From Mayamaea pseudoterrestris (taxonomy: Eukaryota), in the NCBI GenBank assembly GCA_027923505.1, contig BROI01000001.1, positions 1,364,001 through 1,428,000 of the forward strand: 64,000 bases of DNA, in the 5' to 3' direction. The position numbers and the translations under genes are program-made. Under the pieces are notes generated by a model. That model was not told where the DNA came from. It saw only the letters and a list, made by a program, of their open reading frames with translations, and searched no databases. Shown here piece after piece: positions 44,153 to 55,459 of this stretch. Each line of letters opens with the position of its first letter. The stretch's first letter is position 1.

Positions 44153-45370
44153 ATGAAGCAAGCATCGCTACGCTTCTTGCTACTGCTGCTTCCATGGCAT
44201 GTCTCGGTTCGAGCCCACACGCCCTTTCGACGCAGCTCATTGACGGCAGACATTCATAGCAGCACCTCAGCGTCAAAAGAACTCGACAATCTACTAGACG
44301 GTCCAGCTGACGCTGCATCGCCCGTATTGTCACGAGGCGGATCGATTCGGACGGCATCCTTTGCCGCCGACGACGAGCGCTTGGGTTTGAAAGTGAGCAG
44401 CCAGGCAAAAGAAACCAAGGTTAACGAGTCTTTAGCGCCGGGTAATGCAGCAGCAGCTGTTACAGAAGCGTCTATTTCGTCTCGCATGCGCGGCGGAGAC
44501 AGCAGCAAAGACAGCATTGACAATACGTCCAAGTCCCTCTACCCCAAGAAAAAGCTGCATCTGCCGTGGCGCAAGGAGAAGCGTCACGACCAAATTGCCA
44601 AGCAGCTCAAGAACCGCAACAATGTCAACATTCGCCGCAAACTCATGCACGCCACCTTTGGCTTGACCTTTGCGTTCTTGAATCATGTCATTCCACGTAA
44701 TCGCTTTGTTCCAGGCATGGCTCTATTGAGTACCGCTACGTTAATCATGGAACTCTTGCGCTACCGCAAGGGCTTTGGCTGGATGAACGAGGCGCTGCAC
44801 TTTTGCTTGGGGTCATCCTTGCGCAAGAACGAAATGGCCGGCGGCTTCACCGGATCGTTTTACTTTTTCACGGGCGTGACACTCACCGCCTACTTGTTTC
44901 CCGGCACACCGGCTACCCTCGGCATGGCGCAGCTGGCGCTGGCGGATCCGAGCGCCAGCTACTTTGGCAGACGTACGCGGCACGTTTACTGGAGCCGGAT
45001 TGAGAATGGCTTGGGCGGCGTCGGACGCAACAAGGGGTGGCTGGGTTTCTTGGGCGGTGCGCTCTTTTGCTTTCCGTTCAATTACTATGTCTTGAGCAAG
45101 GCGGCGCAGCGCTGCGCGACGAGAGTGATAAGTGTCAACGCCGTCGTTGGCGTGTCGCTGCTATTGGGATTGGCGGGTGCACTGGCCGATTTGGCCGTGC
45201 CGACGCCAGCCTTGACGCTGCCGAAAAAGGTGCTGGGCGTACCGGTGCCGCCCTTTCACGTGGACGACAACATGGTGGTCCCCATCTTTTCGGCCTTTGC
45301 GTGTACGAAAGTGTTTCAGTTTTATGAATGGCCGCTGGACTTGGCGCTCGCCAAGTGGATTGTGTTGTAG
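44153..45370 (+). CDS. CTP-dependent lipid kinase (Dgk1/phytol/dolichol kinase family), copy A
   Basis: Motifs RRKLMH, LRKNE...TGSFYFF.G, ADP.AS.FGR, NK...G..GG and DDN.VVP. Signal peptide and multiple TM segments. Confidence 0.85.
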   Translation: MKQASLRFLLLLLPWHVSVRAHTPFRRSSLTADIHSSTSASKELDNLLDGPADAASPVLSRGGSIRTASFAADDERLGLKVSSQAKETKVNESLAPGNAAAAVTEASISSRMRGGDSSKDSIDNTSKSLYPKKKLHLPWRKEKRHDQIAKQLKNRNNVNIRRKLMHATFGLTFAFLNHVIPRNRFVPGMALLSTATLIMELLRYRKGFGWMNEALHFCLGSSLRKNEMAGGFTGSFYFFTGVTLTAYLFPGTPATLGMAQLALADPSASYFGRRTRHVYWSRIENGLGGVGRNKGWLGFLGGALFCFPFNYYVLSKAAQRCATRVISVNAVVGVSLLLGLAGALADLAVPTPALTLPKKVLGVPVPPFHVDDNMVVPIFSAFACTKVFQFYEWPLDLALAKWIVL

Positions 45371-45874
45371 AGGATGCGCGTGGTCGCATGAGAGTGCGCT
45401 CGTGCTACAAGTTAATGATTGCTGACAGATACAAGCTGATTGGTGTAAATACAAAGGCTAAATTTGTTTACAAAGGTTATAATGCAATGTACATACTAAA
45501 TAGTGCTCAAAATGTTGGCCATTGTTCTTTCGAGCTCCAAGTAAGCAACGACGCGAATCCGCATGTCGTAGCGGTCAGTTAATATCGTAGTGGTAATGAC
45601 CACGTCAGCCAAATTCTCGTCAGCGAGCGAGGCGACTCGATGGAAAACGGAGGCCGAAACCATGATGATGGGTCCGATCCGAGAGAACACCTTCACGACC
45701 AGCTCATTCACATGAATAACCCGCAATTAAAGACATTGTAATTTAATATTGGGGTGAATAAGTTTGCTGATACTTAAAACTAGCGTGAGAGAAGTTTTAG
45801 CACGAAAGAAGAACAGTTTGCTCACATTTTGGGCTCACATTTTTGAAGATCGAAAGCACACATTCCAGTGAACA

Positions 45875-47599
45875 ATGTCACGACTAGACAGACATTTCAT
45901 TCGCAGCACTTTATGCATCATTCTTGCTCTAAGCACTAGCCATGCATGGTTGCCTCCCTTTTTATCGACTGTAACCTCAAGGCCGCCTTCCGAAACGGAG
46001 TCACCCGCACCTCCGCAATCACCCCAGGAACTTGCCGAGGAACAAGCTCGCGCGCGACACAACAATGAAGCCTTTAACGCCCTCTTTGCTCACGCCGACG
46101 AGCACTTGCAGCCAACGCCGCTTACGTTTACGGCACCACTTCCAGCCGACCTTGCGCCTGGCTGTCTGTTGCGCATGGGTCCCAACGGTGCGCCACCTGA
46201 AGACGCATTCTTGGATGGTGACGGCATGATACATTCCATTAGCTTTCCACCAGCGTCCTCTGGTCTGCAGCCGCAATACTCGTGCGCCTATGTCAATACG
46301 GCCGGACGGCAAATGGAAGCCGTTTCCAACGGCAAGCGATTCATTGGAACACTTGGCGCGGCGCCCCAGGGCTGGCCCTTGCTGGGAGCCTTGGTGCGAA
46401 ACATGATCAACTTTCGAACCATTCAAGGATTGGAAGATTCGTGCAACACTGCCGTTGCGCAGCATGGATCCACCGTCTTGGCACTGATGGAGCAAGGTCT
46501 GCCGAGTGAAATACGAATCAAGCAAGACTCGAGCATGGAAACGGTGCAAGCGAAAACAACGTTGAATGGCGCCATTCCAAACAATGACATACTGAGCGGA
46601 GGTCAATTGAGTGCGCATGGTCGCACATGTCCAATCACGGGCGAGCGCATTCACGTCAGCTACTGCTCGGCGACGAAACCGTACGCTCGGGTGGACATTT
46701 TTGGTGTCGAGCGTGACTTGGATAGTGGCAACGTTCAAGGCTGGAAGTTAAAGCGGAGCATTCCAGTCAATGACATTGATGTTCCAGTCATGATTCATGA
46801 CAGTGCCATTACCGAAAACTATGTCATTATATTAGACTTTCCATTGACCATTCGACCCGAGCGAATGATTCGTAACATGTTTCCAGTCGAGTACGAACCA
46901 GCACACGGAGCGCGAATAGGATTGGTGCATCGGCATGACGAGAGTCGGCAGACGCAGTGGTATGATGTGGAGGCAGGCGTCGTGCTGCATACAATGAATG
47001 CATACGAAGATGCAAATGGGCGAGTGGTGCTGCAAGCCCTTCGAAGCGAGCCTCGTTGTGACGAGAGCTACTTGAGCCAATACGCTAGTGCCTTTCTATA
47101 CGAATGGGTACTGGACCCAACAACTAACAAGTTGTCGGAATACTTTTTGAACAAAGACACTCTGGTTGAGTTTCCGGTCATTGACGATCGTTACACAGGC
47201 ATGGACGCCAAGGAAGGATACGCTGTATCGGTCGCCTCAATTGGAGGTCCGCTGCGGGTCAACCGAAATCCAAAAGTCGGGATTACGCTCGATGGTGTCG
47301 TCAAGTTATCTTTGTCGGGCGATGATAATGGCCGAGTGCTGAGTCGCTACACGCTTCCGCAACGTTGGTACGGTGTCTCTGAACCGACAGTCGTCCCAAA
47401 GAAAGATTCTGAGGGTTGCTACGTCTTCGTCGTGGCTACCCAAGTTCCGTTGGAGGCACCAACTAATATGGAAACTTCTCGTGTGATCCTTCTGGACGGA
47501 GATGACTTGTCAAGAGTGGTCTGGGAGGCGGAACTTCCATTCACTGTGCCGTATGGACTCCATTCGAGCTACATCCCTTGGGATGAGCTGGTGCAGTGA
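45875..47599 (+). CDS. Carotenoid cleavage oxygenase (RPE65/CCD family), plastid presequence, copy A
   Basis: Motifs R.GPN, DGDGMIH, NTA, SAH, MIHD.AITENY, H..NAYE, EFP.ID.R, EP..VP and PYGLH (four iron-ligand His). Signal ending SHA-W. Confidence 0.92.
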   Translation: MSRLDRHFIRSTLCIILALSTSHAWLPPFLSTVTSRPPSETESPAPPQSPQELAEEQARARHNNEAFNALFAHADEHLQPTPLTFTAPLPADLAPGCLLRMGPNGAPPEDAFLDGDGMIHSISFPPASSGLQPQYSCAYVNTAGRQMEAVSNGKRFIGTLGAAPQGWPLLGALVRNMINFRTIQGLEDSCNTAVAQHGSTVLALMEQGLPSEIRIKQDSSMETVQAKTTLNGAIPNNDILSGGQLSAHGRTCPITGERIHVSYCSATKPYARVDIFGVERDLDSGNVQGWKLKRSIPVNDIDVPVMIHDSAITENYVIILDFPLTIRPERMIRNMFPVEYEPAHGARIGLVHRHDESRQTQWYDVEAGVVLHTMNAYEDANGRVVLQALRSEPRCDESYLSQYASAFLYEWVLDPTTNKLSEYFLNKDTLVEFPVIDDRYTGMDAKEGYAVSVASIGGPLRVNRNPKVGITLDGVVKLSLSGDDNGRVLSRYTLPQRWYGVSEPTVVPKKDSEGCYVFVVATQVPLEAPTNMETSRVILLDGDDLSRVVWEAELPFTVPYGLHSSYIPWDELVQ

Positions 47600-47699
47600 C
47601 TCGTCGCGACGAGATTTGATAAGAAACTTAAACTTTACATATAATTACATGCATTTAATTTTTGTTGGTTCGTGCAATTACTTGAGCGCAATATATTGG

Positions 47700-47830
47700 A
47701 CGATTATACTTCAGCAAGTAAAGCATCCGGAATTGGGCAACGCTGTGCTGCACAATCGGTTGAGACAACACAACGGGGTTTTGGTCTCCCGAACAAACTT
47801 CTTCTTCGTAGTGTCATAGCATGTGCAAAG
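47700..47830 (-). pseudogene. Decayed fragment of a MYND-finger gene paralog (also at 52999-53129)
   Basis: CTCYDTTKKKFVRETKTPLCCLNRLCSTALPNSGCFTC-stop aligns to CSCFEAKKKELVRKTQTSFHCLNKLCTTALHSTNFFTC of the adjacent MYND gene. Confidence 0.7.
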
Positions 47831-48013
47831 AGTGTGCTTCGTTGTTGTTGCTATTCGACGGTCAAGTGAGATCTCGCTTTGCCTCGTCTGTGTAGGTGCC
47901 AAATCCGTTTCGGTCTGACTCTCGTCAGATCGGTCCCTTCCGCCTGTGGCAAAGTGCAAATTCCGGCGCGCAGCAATCATGAGGCGTCTAATTATTGCCC
48001 ACTAACTTAAAAA

Positions 48014-49217
48014 TCAACGTCTTGACTTCTTTCCTTTTGGTCTCGCTCGCAGTTTGTTGACATTGCAAAACACCTTGTGAGCGTACCAATCAGCTCTCTG
48101 GCAGTCTGCAGAACAATCTACAGCTACATCGCAGCCATTGCACGTGAAAAAGTTCGTCGAGTGTAGTGCGGTGGTGCACAATTTGTTAAGGCAATGAAAT
48201 GACGTTTGGGTCTTTCGAACCAATTCTTTCTTCTTAGCCTCAAAACAAGAGCATGGGGCACGATGGATGAGGAAAAGCGACAAGCACTCGAACCCATTCA
48301 GGCCGATGGAGTTTGAAATGCTCGCTTCGTCAGCAGCCGGCGGTATCTCCATCGCTTGTTCTAAAAGTATCAAGATCAAGCCAATCGGTAAAGTTTGAGT
48401 CACAATAAGCTTCTCCTCCTCCTCTTCTCCAATCAGAGTAAACAGCATATTAAGACCTTTTGCAGTCAGCTTCTGTAAGAAAGTGGGACCGTCAGAGAGA
48501 CAAGGCAGAAGGATATTTCTGGCACGCGACCGGCCAATTGTCTCCCATTCTTCGATGTTAAACAATCTCACTTGTTGCAAAATTGCAGCCATTCGCTCTT
48601 CGTACGGATCACATCCGTCGGCCTGCATTGTGTCATATCCATGTTTGCAGTTGGGCGGCGAGTTGACTAACTTGACCTTTGCTGACGTGAATAATTTGCA
48701 CTTGAACCTGTGTCGCGGCCAATCCCTCTCTTGACAAGAGACAGAACAATATGTGATGGAACAATTCTCACATTCAAATACATCTAGACCTTTGATTATT
48801 TTAAAGCACCCTCGGTGTTGGCAAAAGTGCCCAGTGGGTGTGTCCTTTAATTTCGCCTTGACGTGATCAAAGCATGAGCACGGAGCCCGCTCAACGTAAA
48901 ACAATAAGAGGTTCGCCGGGTACATCAGATCACCGATCCCGTATTGCTCTTGTTCTGTTATCGATCCCTCTCCATTTCTCTCTACGTGGGTAACAAGCGT
49001 ACATAGCACATTCAGTTGATTGCAGTTTGGTTCCAGACAAGTCCATAGTCGAAGACCTGTCGCGACGATTTTTCGGATCATCGTTTCATCAAGGTTATTG
49101 ATAATGTCAACAATTGATGACCCCATATTTGCTACCACGTTATCGCAGTTGGTTCCTTGGATTTGACTAAACAGTATGATTACGTGCCTCATTACGTTGT
49201 TCATCTTGTCCTTGTAG
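48014..49217 (-). pseudogene. 5'-truncated copy of the tandem MYND zinc-finger gene (in-frame ATG remains at 49204)
   Basis: Identical to the 3' part of 53313..54665 but cut by the duplication junction. Lacks the first 50 codons. Confidence 0.8.
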
Positions 49218-49451
49218 TAGCTACGTTAACCTTAGTAATCTGTTTCACTTGGCGTTACGAGGTTGACGTTGGTGTCGAATTCGCCCAAGCGAGGAATCCT
49301 TTTGCGACGACAACGGCCAGTGAGCGATTGACTTCTTGACGCTGCTCAGCTCTGATCACCACGACTACCGTAGAACGTCTCTCCGTCTTGTCGTCGTCGT
49401 CTATACCTACCTGCTTGCTTGCCTAGTCTGCTGAAATATCATAATAAAAAT

Positions 49452-50669
49452 ATGAAGCAAGCATCGCTACGCTTCTTGCTACTGCTGCTTCCATGGCATG
49501 TCTCGGTTCGAGCCCACACGCCCTTTCGACGCAGCTCATTGACGGCAGACATTCATAGCAGCACCTCAGCGTCAAAAGAACTCGACAATCTACTAGACGG
49601 TCCAGCTGACGCTGCATCGCCCGTATTGTCACGAGGCGGATCGATTCGGACGGCATCCTTTGCCGCCGACGACGAGCGCTTGGGTTTGAAAGTGAGCAGC
49701 CAGGCAAAAGAAACCAAGGTTAACGAGTCTTTAGCGCCGGGTAATGCAGCAGCAGCTGTTACAGAAGCGTCTATTTCGTCTCGCATGCGCGGCGGAGACA
49801 GCAGCAAAGACAGCATTGACAATACGTCCAAGTCCCTCTACCCCAAGAAAAAGCTGCATCTGCCGTGGCGCAAGGAGAAGCGTCACGACCAAATTGCCAA
49901 GCAGCTCAAGAACCGCAACAATGTCAACATTCGCCGCAAACTCATGCACGCCACCTTTGGCTTGACCTTTGCGTTCTTGAATCATGTCATTCCACGTAAT
50001 CGCTTTGTTCCAGGCATGGCTCTATTGAGTACCGCTACGTTAATCATGGAACTCTTGCGCTACCGCAAGGGCTTTGGCTGGATGAACGAGGCGCTGCACT
50101 TTTGCTTGGGGTCATCCTTGCGCAAGAACGAAATGGCCGGCGGCTTCACCGGATCGTTTTACTTTTTCACGGGCGTGACACTCACCGCCTACTTGTTTCC
50201 CGGCACACCGGCTACCCTCGGCATGGCGCAGCTGGCGCTGGCGGATCCGAGCGCCAGCTACTTTGGCAGACGTACGCGGCACGTTTACTGGAGCCGGATT
50301 GAGAATGGCTTGGGCGGCGTCGGACGCAACAAGGGGTGGCTGGGTTTCTTGGGCGGTGCGCTCTTTTGCTTTCCGTTCAATTACTATGTCTTGAGCAAGG
50401 CGGCGCAGCGCTGCGCGACGAGAGTGATAAGTGTCAACGCCGTCGTTGGCGTGTCGCTGCTATTGGGATTGGCGGGTGCACTGGCCGATTTGGCCGTGCC
50501 GACGCCAGCCTTGACGCTGCCGAAAAAGGTGCTGGGCGTACCGGTGCCGCCCTTTCACGTGGACGACAACATGGTGGTCCCCATCTTTTCGGCCTTTGCG
50601 TGTACGAAAGTGTTTCAGTTTTATGAATGGCCGCTGGACTTGGCGCTCGCCAAGTGGATTGTGTTGTAG
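49452..50669 (+). CDS. CTP-dependent lipid kinase (Dgk1/phytol/dolichol kinase family), copy B
   Basis: Identical translation to copy A. Confidence 0.85.
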   Translation: MKQASLRFLLLLLPWHVSVRAHTPFRRSSLTADIHSSTSASKELDNLLDGPADAASPVLSRGGSIRTASFAADDERLGLKVSSQAKETKVNESLAPGNAAAAVTEASISSRMRGGDSSKDSIDNTSKSLYPKKKLHLPWRKEKRHDQIAKQLKNRNNVNIRRKLMHATFGLTFAFLNHVIPRNRFVPGMALLSTATLIMELLRYRKGFGWMNEALHFCLGSSLRKNEMAGGFTGSFYFFTGVTLTAYLFPGTPATLGMAQLALADPSASYFGRRTRHVYWSRIENGLGGVGRNKGWLGFLGGALFCFPFNYYVLSKAAQRCATRVISVNAVVGVSLLLGLAGALADLAVPTPALTLPKKVLGVPVPPFHVDDNMVVPIFSAFACTKVFQFYEWPLDLALAKWIVL

Positions 50670-51173
50670 AGGATGCGCGTGGTCGCATGAGAGTGCGCTC
50701 GTGCTACAAGTTAATGATTGCTGACAGATACAAGCTGATTGGTGTAAATACAAAGGCTAAATTTGTTTACAAAGGTTATAATGCAATGTACATACTAAAT
50801 AGTGCTCAAAATGTTGGCCATTGTTCTTTCGAGCTCCAAGTAAGCAACGACGCGAATCCGCATGTCGTAGCGGTCAGTTAATATCGTAGTGGTAATGACC
50901 ACGTCAGCCAAATTCTCGTCAGCGAGCGAGGCGACTCGATGGAAAACGGAGGCCGAAACCATGATGATGGGTCCGATCCGAGAGAACACCTTCACGACCA
51001 GCTCATTCACATGAATAACCCGCAATTAAAGACATTGTAATTTAATATTGGGGTGAATAAGTTTGCTGATACTTAAAACTAGCGTGAGAGAAGTTTTAGC
51101 ACGAAAGAAGAACAGTTTGCTCACATTTTGGGCTCACATTTTTGAAGATCGAAAGCACACATTCCAGTGAACA

Positions 51174-52898
51174 ATGTCACGACTAGACAGACATTTCATT
51201 CGCAGCACTTTATGCATCATTCTTGCTCTAAGCACTAGCCATGCATGGTTGCCTCCCTTTTTATCGACTGTAACCTCAAGGCCGCCTTCCGAAACGGAGT
51301 CACCCGCACCTCCGCAATCACCCCAGGAACTTGCCGAGGAACAAGCTCGCGCGCGACACAACAATGAAGCCTTTAACGCCCTCTTTGCTCACGCCGACGA
51401 GCACTTGCAGCCAACGCCGCTTACGTTTACGGCACCACTTCCAGCCGACCTTGCGCCTGGCTGTCTGTTGCGCATGGGTCCCAACGGTGCGCCACCTGAA
51501 GACGCATTCTTGGATGGTGACGGCATGATACATTCCATTAGCTTTCCACCAGCGTCCTCTGGTCTGCAGCCGCAATACTCGTGCGCCTATGTCAATACGG
51601 CCGGACGGCAAATGGAAGCCGTTTCCAACGGCAAGCGATTCATTGGAACACTTGGCGCGGCGCCCCAGGGCTGGCCCTTGCTGGGAGCCTTGGTGCGAAA
51701 CATGATCAACTTTCGAACCATTCAAGGATTGGAAGATTCGTGCAACACTGCCGTTGCGCAGCATGGATCCACCGTCTTGGCACTGATGGAGCAAGGTCTG
51801 CCGAGTGAAATACGAATCAAGCAAGACTCGAGCATGGAAACGGTGCAAGCGAAAACAACGTTGAATGGCGCCATTCCAAACAATGACATACTGAGCGGAG
51901 GTCAATTGAGTGCGCATGGTCGCACATGTCCAATCACGGGCGAGCGCATTCACGTCAGCTACTGCTCGGCGACGAAACCGTACGCTCGGGTGGACATTTT
52001 TGGTGTCGAGCGTGACTTGGATAGTGGCAACGTTCAAGGCTGGAAGTTAAAGCGGAGCATTCCAGTCAATGACATTGATGTTCCAGTCATGATTCATGAC
52101 AGTGCCATTACCGAAAACTATGTCATTATATTAGACTTTCCATTGACCATTCGACCCGAGCGAATGATTCGTAACATGTTTCCAGTCGAGTACGAACCAG
52201 CACACGGAGCGCGAATAGGATTGGTGCATCGGCATGACGAGAGTCGGCAGACGCAGTGGTATGATGTGGAGGCAGGCGTCGTGCTGCATACAATGAATGC
52301 ATACGAAGATGCAAATGGGCGAGTGGTGCTGCAAGCCCTTCGAAGCGAGCCTCGTTGTGACGAGAGCTACTTGAGCCAATACGCTAGTGCCTTTCTATAC
52401 GAATGGGTACTGGACCCAACAACTAACAAGTTGTCGGAATACTTTTTGAACAAAGACACTCTGGTTGAGTTTCCGGTCATTGACGATCGTTACACAGGCA
52501 TGGACGCCAAGGAAGGATACGCTGTATCGGTCGCCTCAATTGGAGGTCCGCTGCGGGTCAACCGAAATCCAAAAGTCGGGATTACGCTCGATGGTGTCGT
52601 CAAGTTATCTTTGTCGGGCGATGATAATGGCCGAGTGCTGAGTCGCTACACGCTTCCGCAACGTTGGTACGGTGTCTCTGAACCGACAGTCGTCCCAAAG
52701 AAAGATTCTGAGGGTTGCTACGTCTTCGTCGTGGCTACCCAAGTTCCGTTGGAGGCACCAACTAATATGGAAACTTCTCGTGTGATCCTTCTGGACGGAG
52801 ATGACTTGTCAAGAGTGGTCTGGGAGGCGGAACTTCCATTCACTGTGCCGTATGGACTCCATTCGAGCTACATCCCTTGGGATGAGCTGGTGCAGTGA
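51174..52898 (+). CDS. Carotenoid cleavage oxygenase, copy B
   Basis: Identical translation to copy A. Confidence 0.92.
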   Translation: MSRLDRHFIRSTLCIILALSTSHAWLPPFLSTVTSRPPSETESPAPPQSPQELAEEQARARHNNEAFNALFAHADEHLQPTPLTFTAPLPADLAPGCLLRMGPNGAPPEDAFLDGDGMIHSISFPPASSGLQPQYSCAYVNTAGRQMEAVSNGKRFIGTLGAAPQGWPLLGALVRNMINFRTIQGLEDSCNTAVAQHGSTVLALMEQGLPSEIRIKQDSSMETVQAKTTLNGAIPNNDILSGGQLSAHGRTCPITGERIHVSYCSATKPYARVDIFGVERDLDSGNVQGWKLKRSIPVNDIDVPVMIHDSAITENYVIILDFPLTIRPERMIRNMFPVEYEPAHGARIGLVHRHDESRQTQWYDVEAGVVLHTMNAYEDANGRVVLQALRSEPRCDESYLSQYASAFLYEWVLDPTTNKLSEYFLNKDTLVEFPVIDDRYTGMDAKEGYAVSVASIGGPLRVNRNPKVGITLDGVVKLSLSGDDNGRVLSRYTLPQRWYGVSEPTVVPKKDSEGCYVFVVATQVPLEAPTNMETSRVILLDGDDLSRVVWEAELPFTVPYGLHSSYIPWDELVQ

Positions 52899-53312
52899 CT
52901 CGTCGCGACGAGATTTGATAAGAAACTTAAACTTTACATATAATTACATGCATTTAATTTTTGTTGGTTCGTGCAATTACTTGAGCGCAATATATTGGAC
53001 GATTATACTTCAGCAAGTAAAGCATCCGGAATTGGGCAACGCTGTGCTGCACAATCGGTTGAGACAACACAACGGGGTTTTGGTCTCCCGAACAAACTTC
53101 TTCTTCGTAGTGTCATAGCATGTGCAAAGAGTGTGCTTCGTTGTTGTTGCTATTCGACGGTCAAGTGAGATCTCGCTTTGCCTCGTCTGTGTAGGTGCCA
53201 AATCCGTTTCGGTCTGACTCTCGTCAGATCGGTCCCTTCCGCCTGTGGCAAAGTGCAAATTCCGGCGCGCAGCAATCATGAGGCGTCTAATTATTGCCCA
53301 CTAACTTAAAAA

Positions 53313-54665
53313 TCAACGTCTTGACTTCTTTCCTTTTGGTCTCGCTCGCAGTTTGTTGACATTGCAAAACACCTTGTGAGCGTACCAATCAGCTCTCTGG
53401 CAGTCTGCAGAACAATCTACAGCTACATCGCAGCCATTGCACGTGAAAAAGTTCGTCGAGTGTAGTGCGGTGGTGCACAATTTGTTAAGGCAATGAAATG
53501 ACGTTTGGGTCTTTCGAACCAATTCTTTCTTCTTAGCCTCAAAACAAGAGCATGGGGCACGATGGATGAGGAAAAGCGACAAGCACTCGAACCCATTCAG
53601 GCCGATGGAGTTTGAAATGCTCGCTTCGTCAGCAGCCGGCGGTATCTCCATCGCTTGTTCTAAAAGTATCAAGATCAAGCCAATCGGTAAAGTTTGAGTC
53701 ACAATAAGCTTCTCCTCCTCCTCTTCTCCAATCAGAGTAAACAGCATATTAAGACCTTTTGCAGTCAGCTTCTGTAAGAAAGTGGGACCGTCAGAGAGAC
53801 AAGGCAGAAGGATATTTCTGGCACGCGACCGGCCAATTGTCTCCCATTCTTCGATGTTAAACAATCTCACTTGTTGCAAAATTGCAGCCATTCGCTCTTC
53901 GTACGGATCACATCCGTCGGCCTGCATTGTGTCATATCCATGTTTGCAGTTGGGCGGCGAGTTGACTAACTTGACCTTTGCTGACGTGAATAATTTGCAC
54001 TTGAACCTGTGTCGCGGCCAATCCCTCTCTTGACAAGAGACAGAACAATATGTGATGGAACAATTCTCACATTCAAATACATCTAGACCTTTGATTATTT
54101 TAAAGCACCCTCGGTGTTGGCAAAAGTGCCCAGTGGGTGTGTCCTTTAATTTCGCCTTGACGTGATCAAAGCATGAGCACGGAGCCCGCTCAACGTAAAA
54201 CAATAAGAGGTTCGCCGGGTACATCAGATCACCGATCCCGTATTGCTCTTGTTCTGTTATCGATCCCTCTCCATTTCTCTCTACGTGGGTAACAAGCGTA
54301 CATAGCACATTCAGTTGATTGCAGTTTGGTTCCAGACAAGTCCATAGTCGAAGACCTGTCGCGACGATTTTTCGGATCATCGTTTCATCAAGGTTATTGA
54401 TAATGTCAACAATTGATGACCCCATATTTGCTACCACGTTATCGCAGTTGGTTCCTTGGATTTGACTAAACAGTATGATTACGTGCCTCATTACGTTGTT
54501 CATCTTGTCCTTGTAGGGATCTGATCCGTCTGGGAGAGTCGTGTCATATCCGTGGTCGCATGGTGGAGTCGTCGGCGTGTAGCATTCCTTGATGAGGTTA
54601 CATGCACGTTCCATCGATTCATGTAACGACTCGCCGTCCTTCATTTTGTTCTTTCTGCGGCTCAT
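53313..54665 (-). CDS. Protein of two internally duplicated modules, each ending in a MYND zinc finger
   Basis: Two repeats of PP.C.HGYDT...DG.DPY ... RAPCSCF ... C...C...C..C...CS..CQ..DW..H...C. Confidence 0.85.
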   Translation of the reverse strand: MSRRKNKMKDGESLHESMERACNLIKECYTPTTPPCDHGYDTTLPDGSDPYKDKMNNVMRHVIILFSQIQGTNCDNVVANMGSSIVDIINNLDETMIRKIVATGLRLWTCLEPNCNQLNVLCTLVTHVERNGEGSITEQEQYGIGDLMYPANLLLFYVERAPCSCFDHVKAKLKDTPTGHFCQHRGCFKIIKGLDVFECENCSITYCSVSCQERDWPRHRFKCKLFTSAKVKLVNSPPNCKHGYDTMQADGCDPYEERMAAILQQVRLFNIEEWETIGRSRARNILLPCLSDGPTFLQKLTAKGLNMLFTLIGEEEEEKLIVTQTLPIGLILILLEQAMEIPPAADEASISNSIGLNGFECLSLFLIHRAPCSCFEAKKKELVRKTQTSFHCLNKLCTTALHSTNFFTCNGCDVAVDCSADCQRADWYAHKVFCNVNKLRARPKGKKSRR

Positions 54666-55459
54666 CGTGTCAAAAACAAGTCCGGAGCTGTTGGAGGAGA
54701 GAGGAGAAGAGGTGATGAGATGTTATGATTGCTCAGGACACGGTTCGGTCTCAGGCAAGCATGCACAACAACACACACAGCTTCAATAGCTTGCCTCGTT
54801 TGCAATGCTTGATACGATCCGAATCTATGGCAATAAGGTCTACCGGTATCCAATCTGAAGATTTATCGCGCTTGAGAAAGGCCTTTTGATCGCCCTCAAT
54901 AAGCCGCGTTGCAGCCGCAGGAAATAACAATTTTTCTTCCCTTTTCCAAGCAAGGAGAAGTGCTTGAGCTTGATATAGAATGGCGATGGTAATACTAACT
55001 AACTCTGCGGCTTTTTATGGATACAATCAAGGGTCATCTTCTTTCCAAAAGCTGCAAGAAGTCGCTCGCAAAAGAAGAAACGGACTCGCGCGTTACGCGG
55101 TCATGCGAGTCCCGGAACGATCTTGGCGAGCGCGCCGGCGACGTGCCGCGGCAGTTTTCAATGCCGCTGCGAGTAACCGTCACTCGCTGAAAGCGACGAT
55201 TGTTGGAGGAACCATGGCAAGTAATGCAACAACGGCTGCAGCTGCTAATCACCTACCGGTATACACTTCTTGCCAGCTCTTGACTAACCTATTGAAAGCC
55301 TGCTAGTCTAATTTTGCTCGAATCTGATAGATTCGTGACTATTAGCTGATCGAGAGCTTCTAGCAAAGCCTTCAGGACCGCCCAGGTTTTCATCCGCACC
55401 TCCGAATACATTTTCGAACAGCCCTCGTTAACAATCATCTTTACTATCCGCTACAAACA

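Larger units (their letters stand above)
43919..54516. repeat. 5299-bp tandem segmental duplication (43919-49217 and 49218-54516)
   Basis: All ORFs recur at +5299 with identical translations. Junction cttgTAG|TAGctacg at 49217/49218. Confidence 0.97.

Noticed and set aside
44153..47599. Lipid kinase plus carotenoid oxygenase as an isoprenoid salvage module
   Set aside because: The kinase substrate cannot be determined from motifs, and co-duplication only reflects adjacency.
951..52037. Long antisense ORFs such as 951..1826, 10621..11298, 19854..20576, 27511..28317 and 46019..46738
   Set aside because: They are shadows of well-supported genes on the opposite strand and have no motifs of their own.
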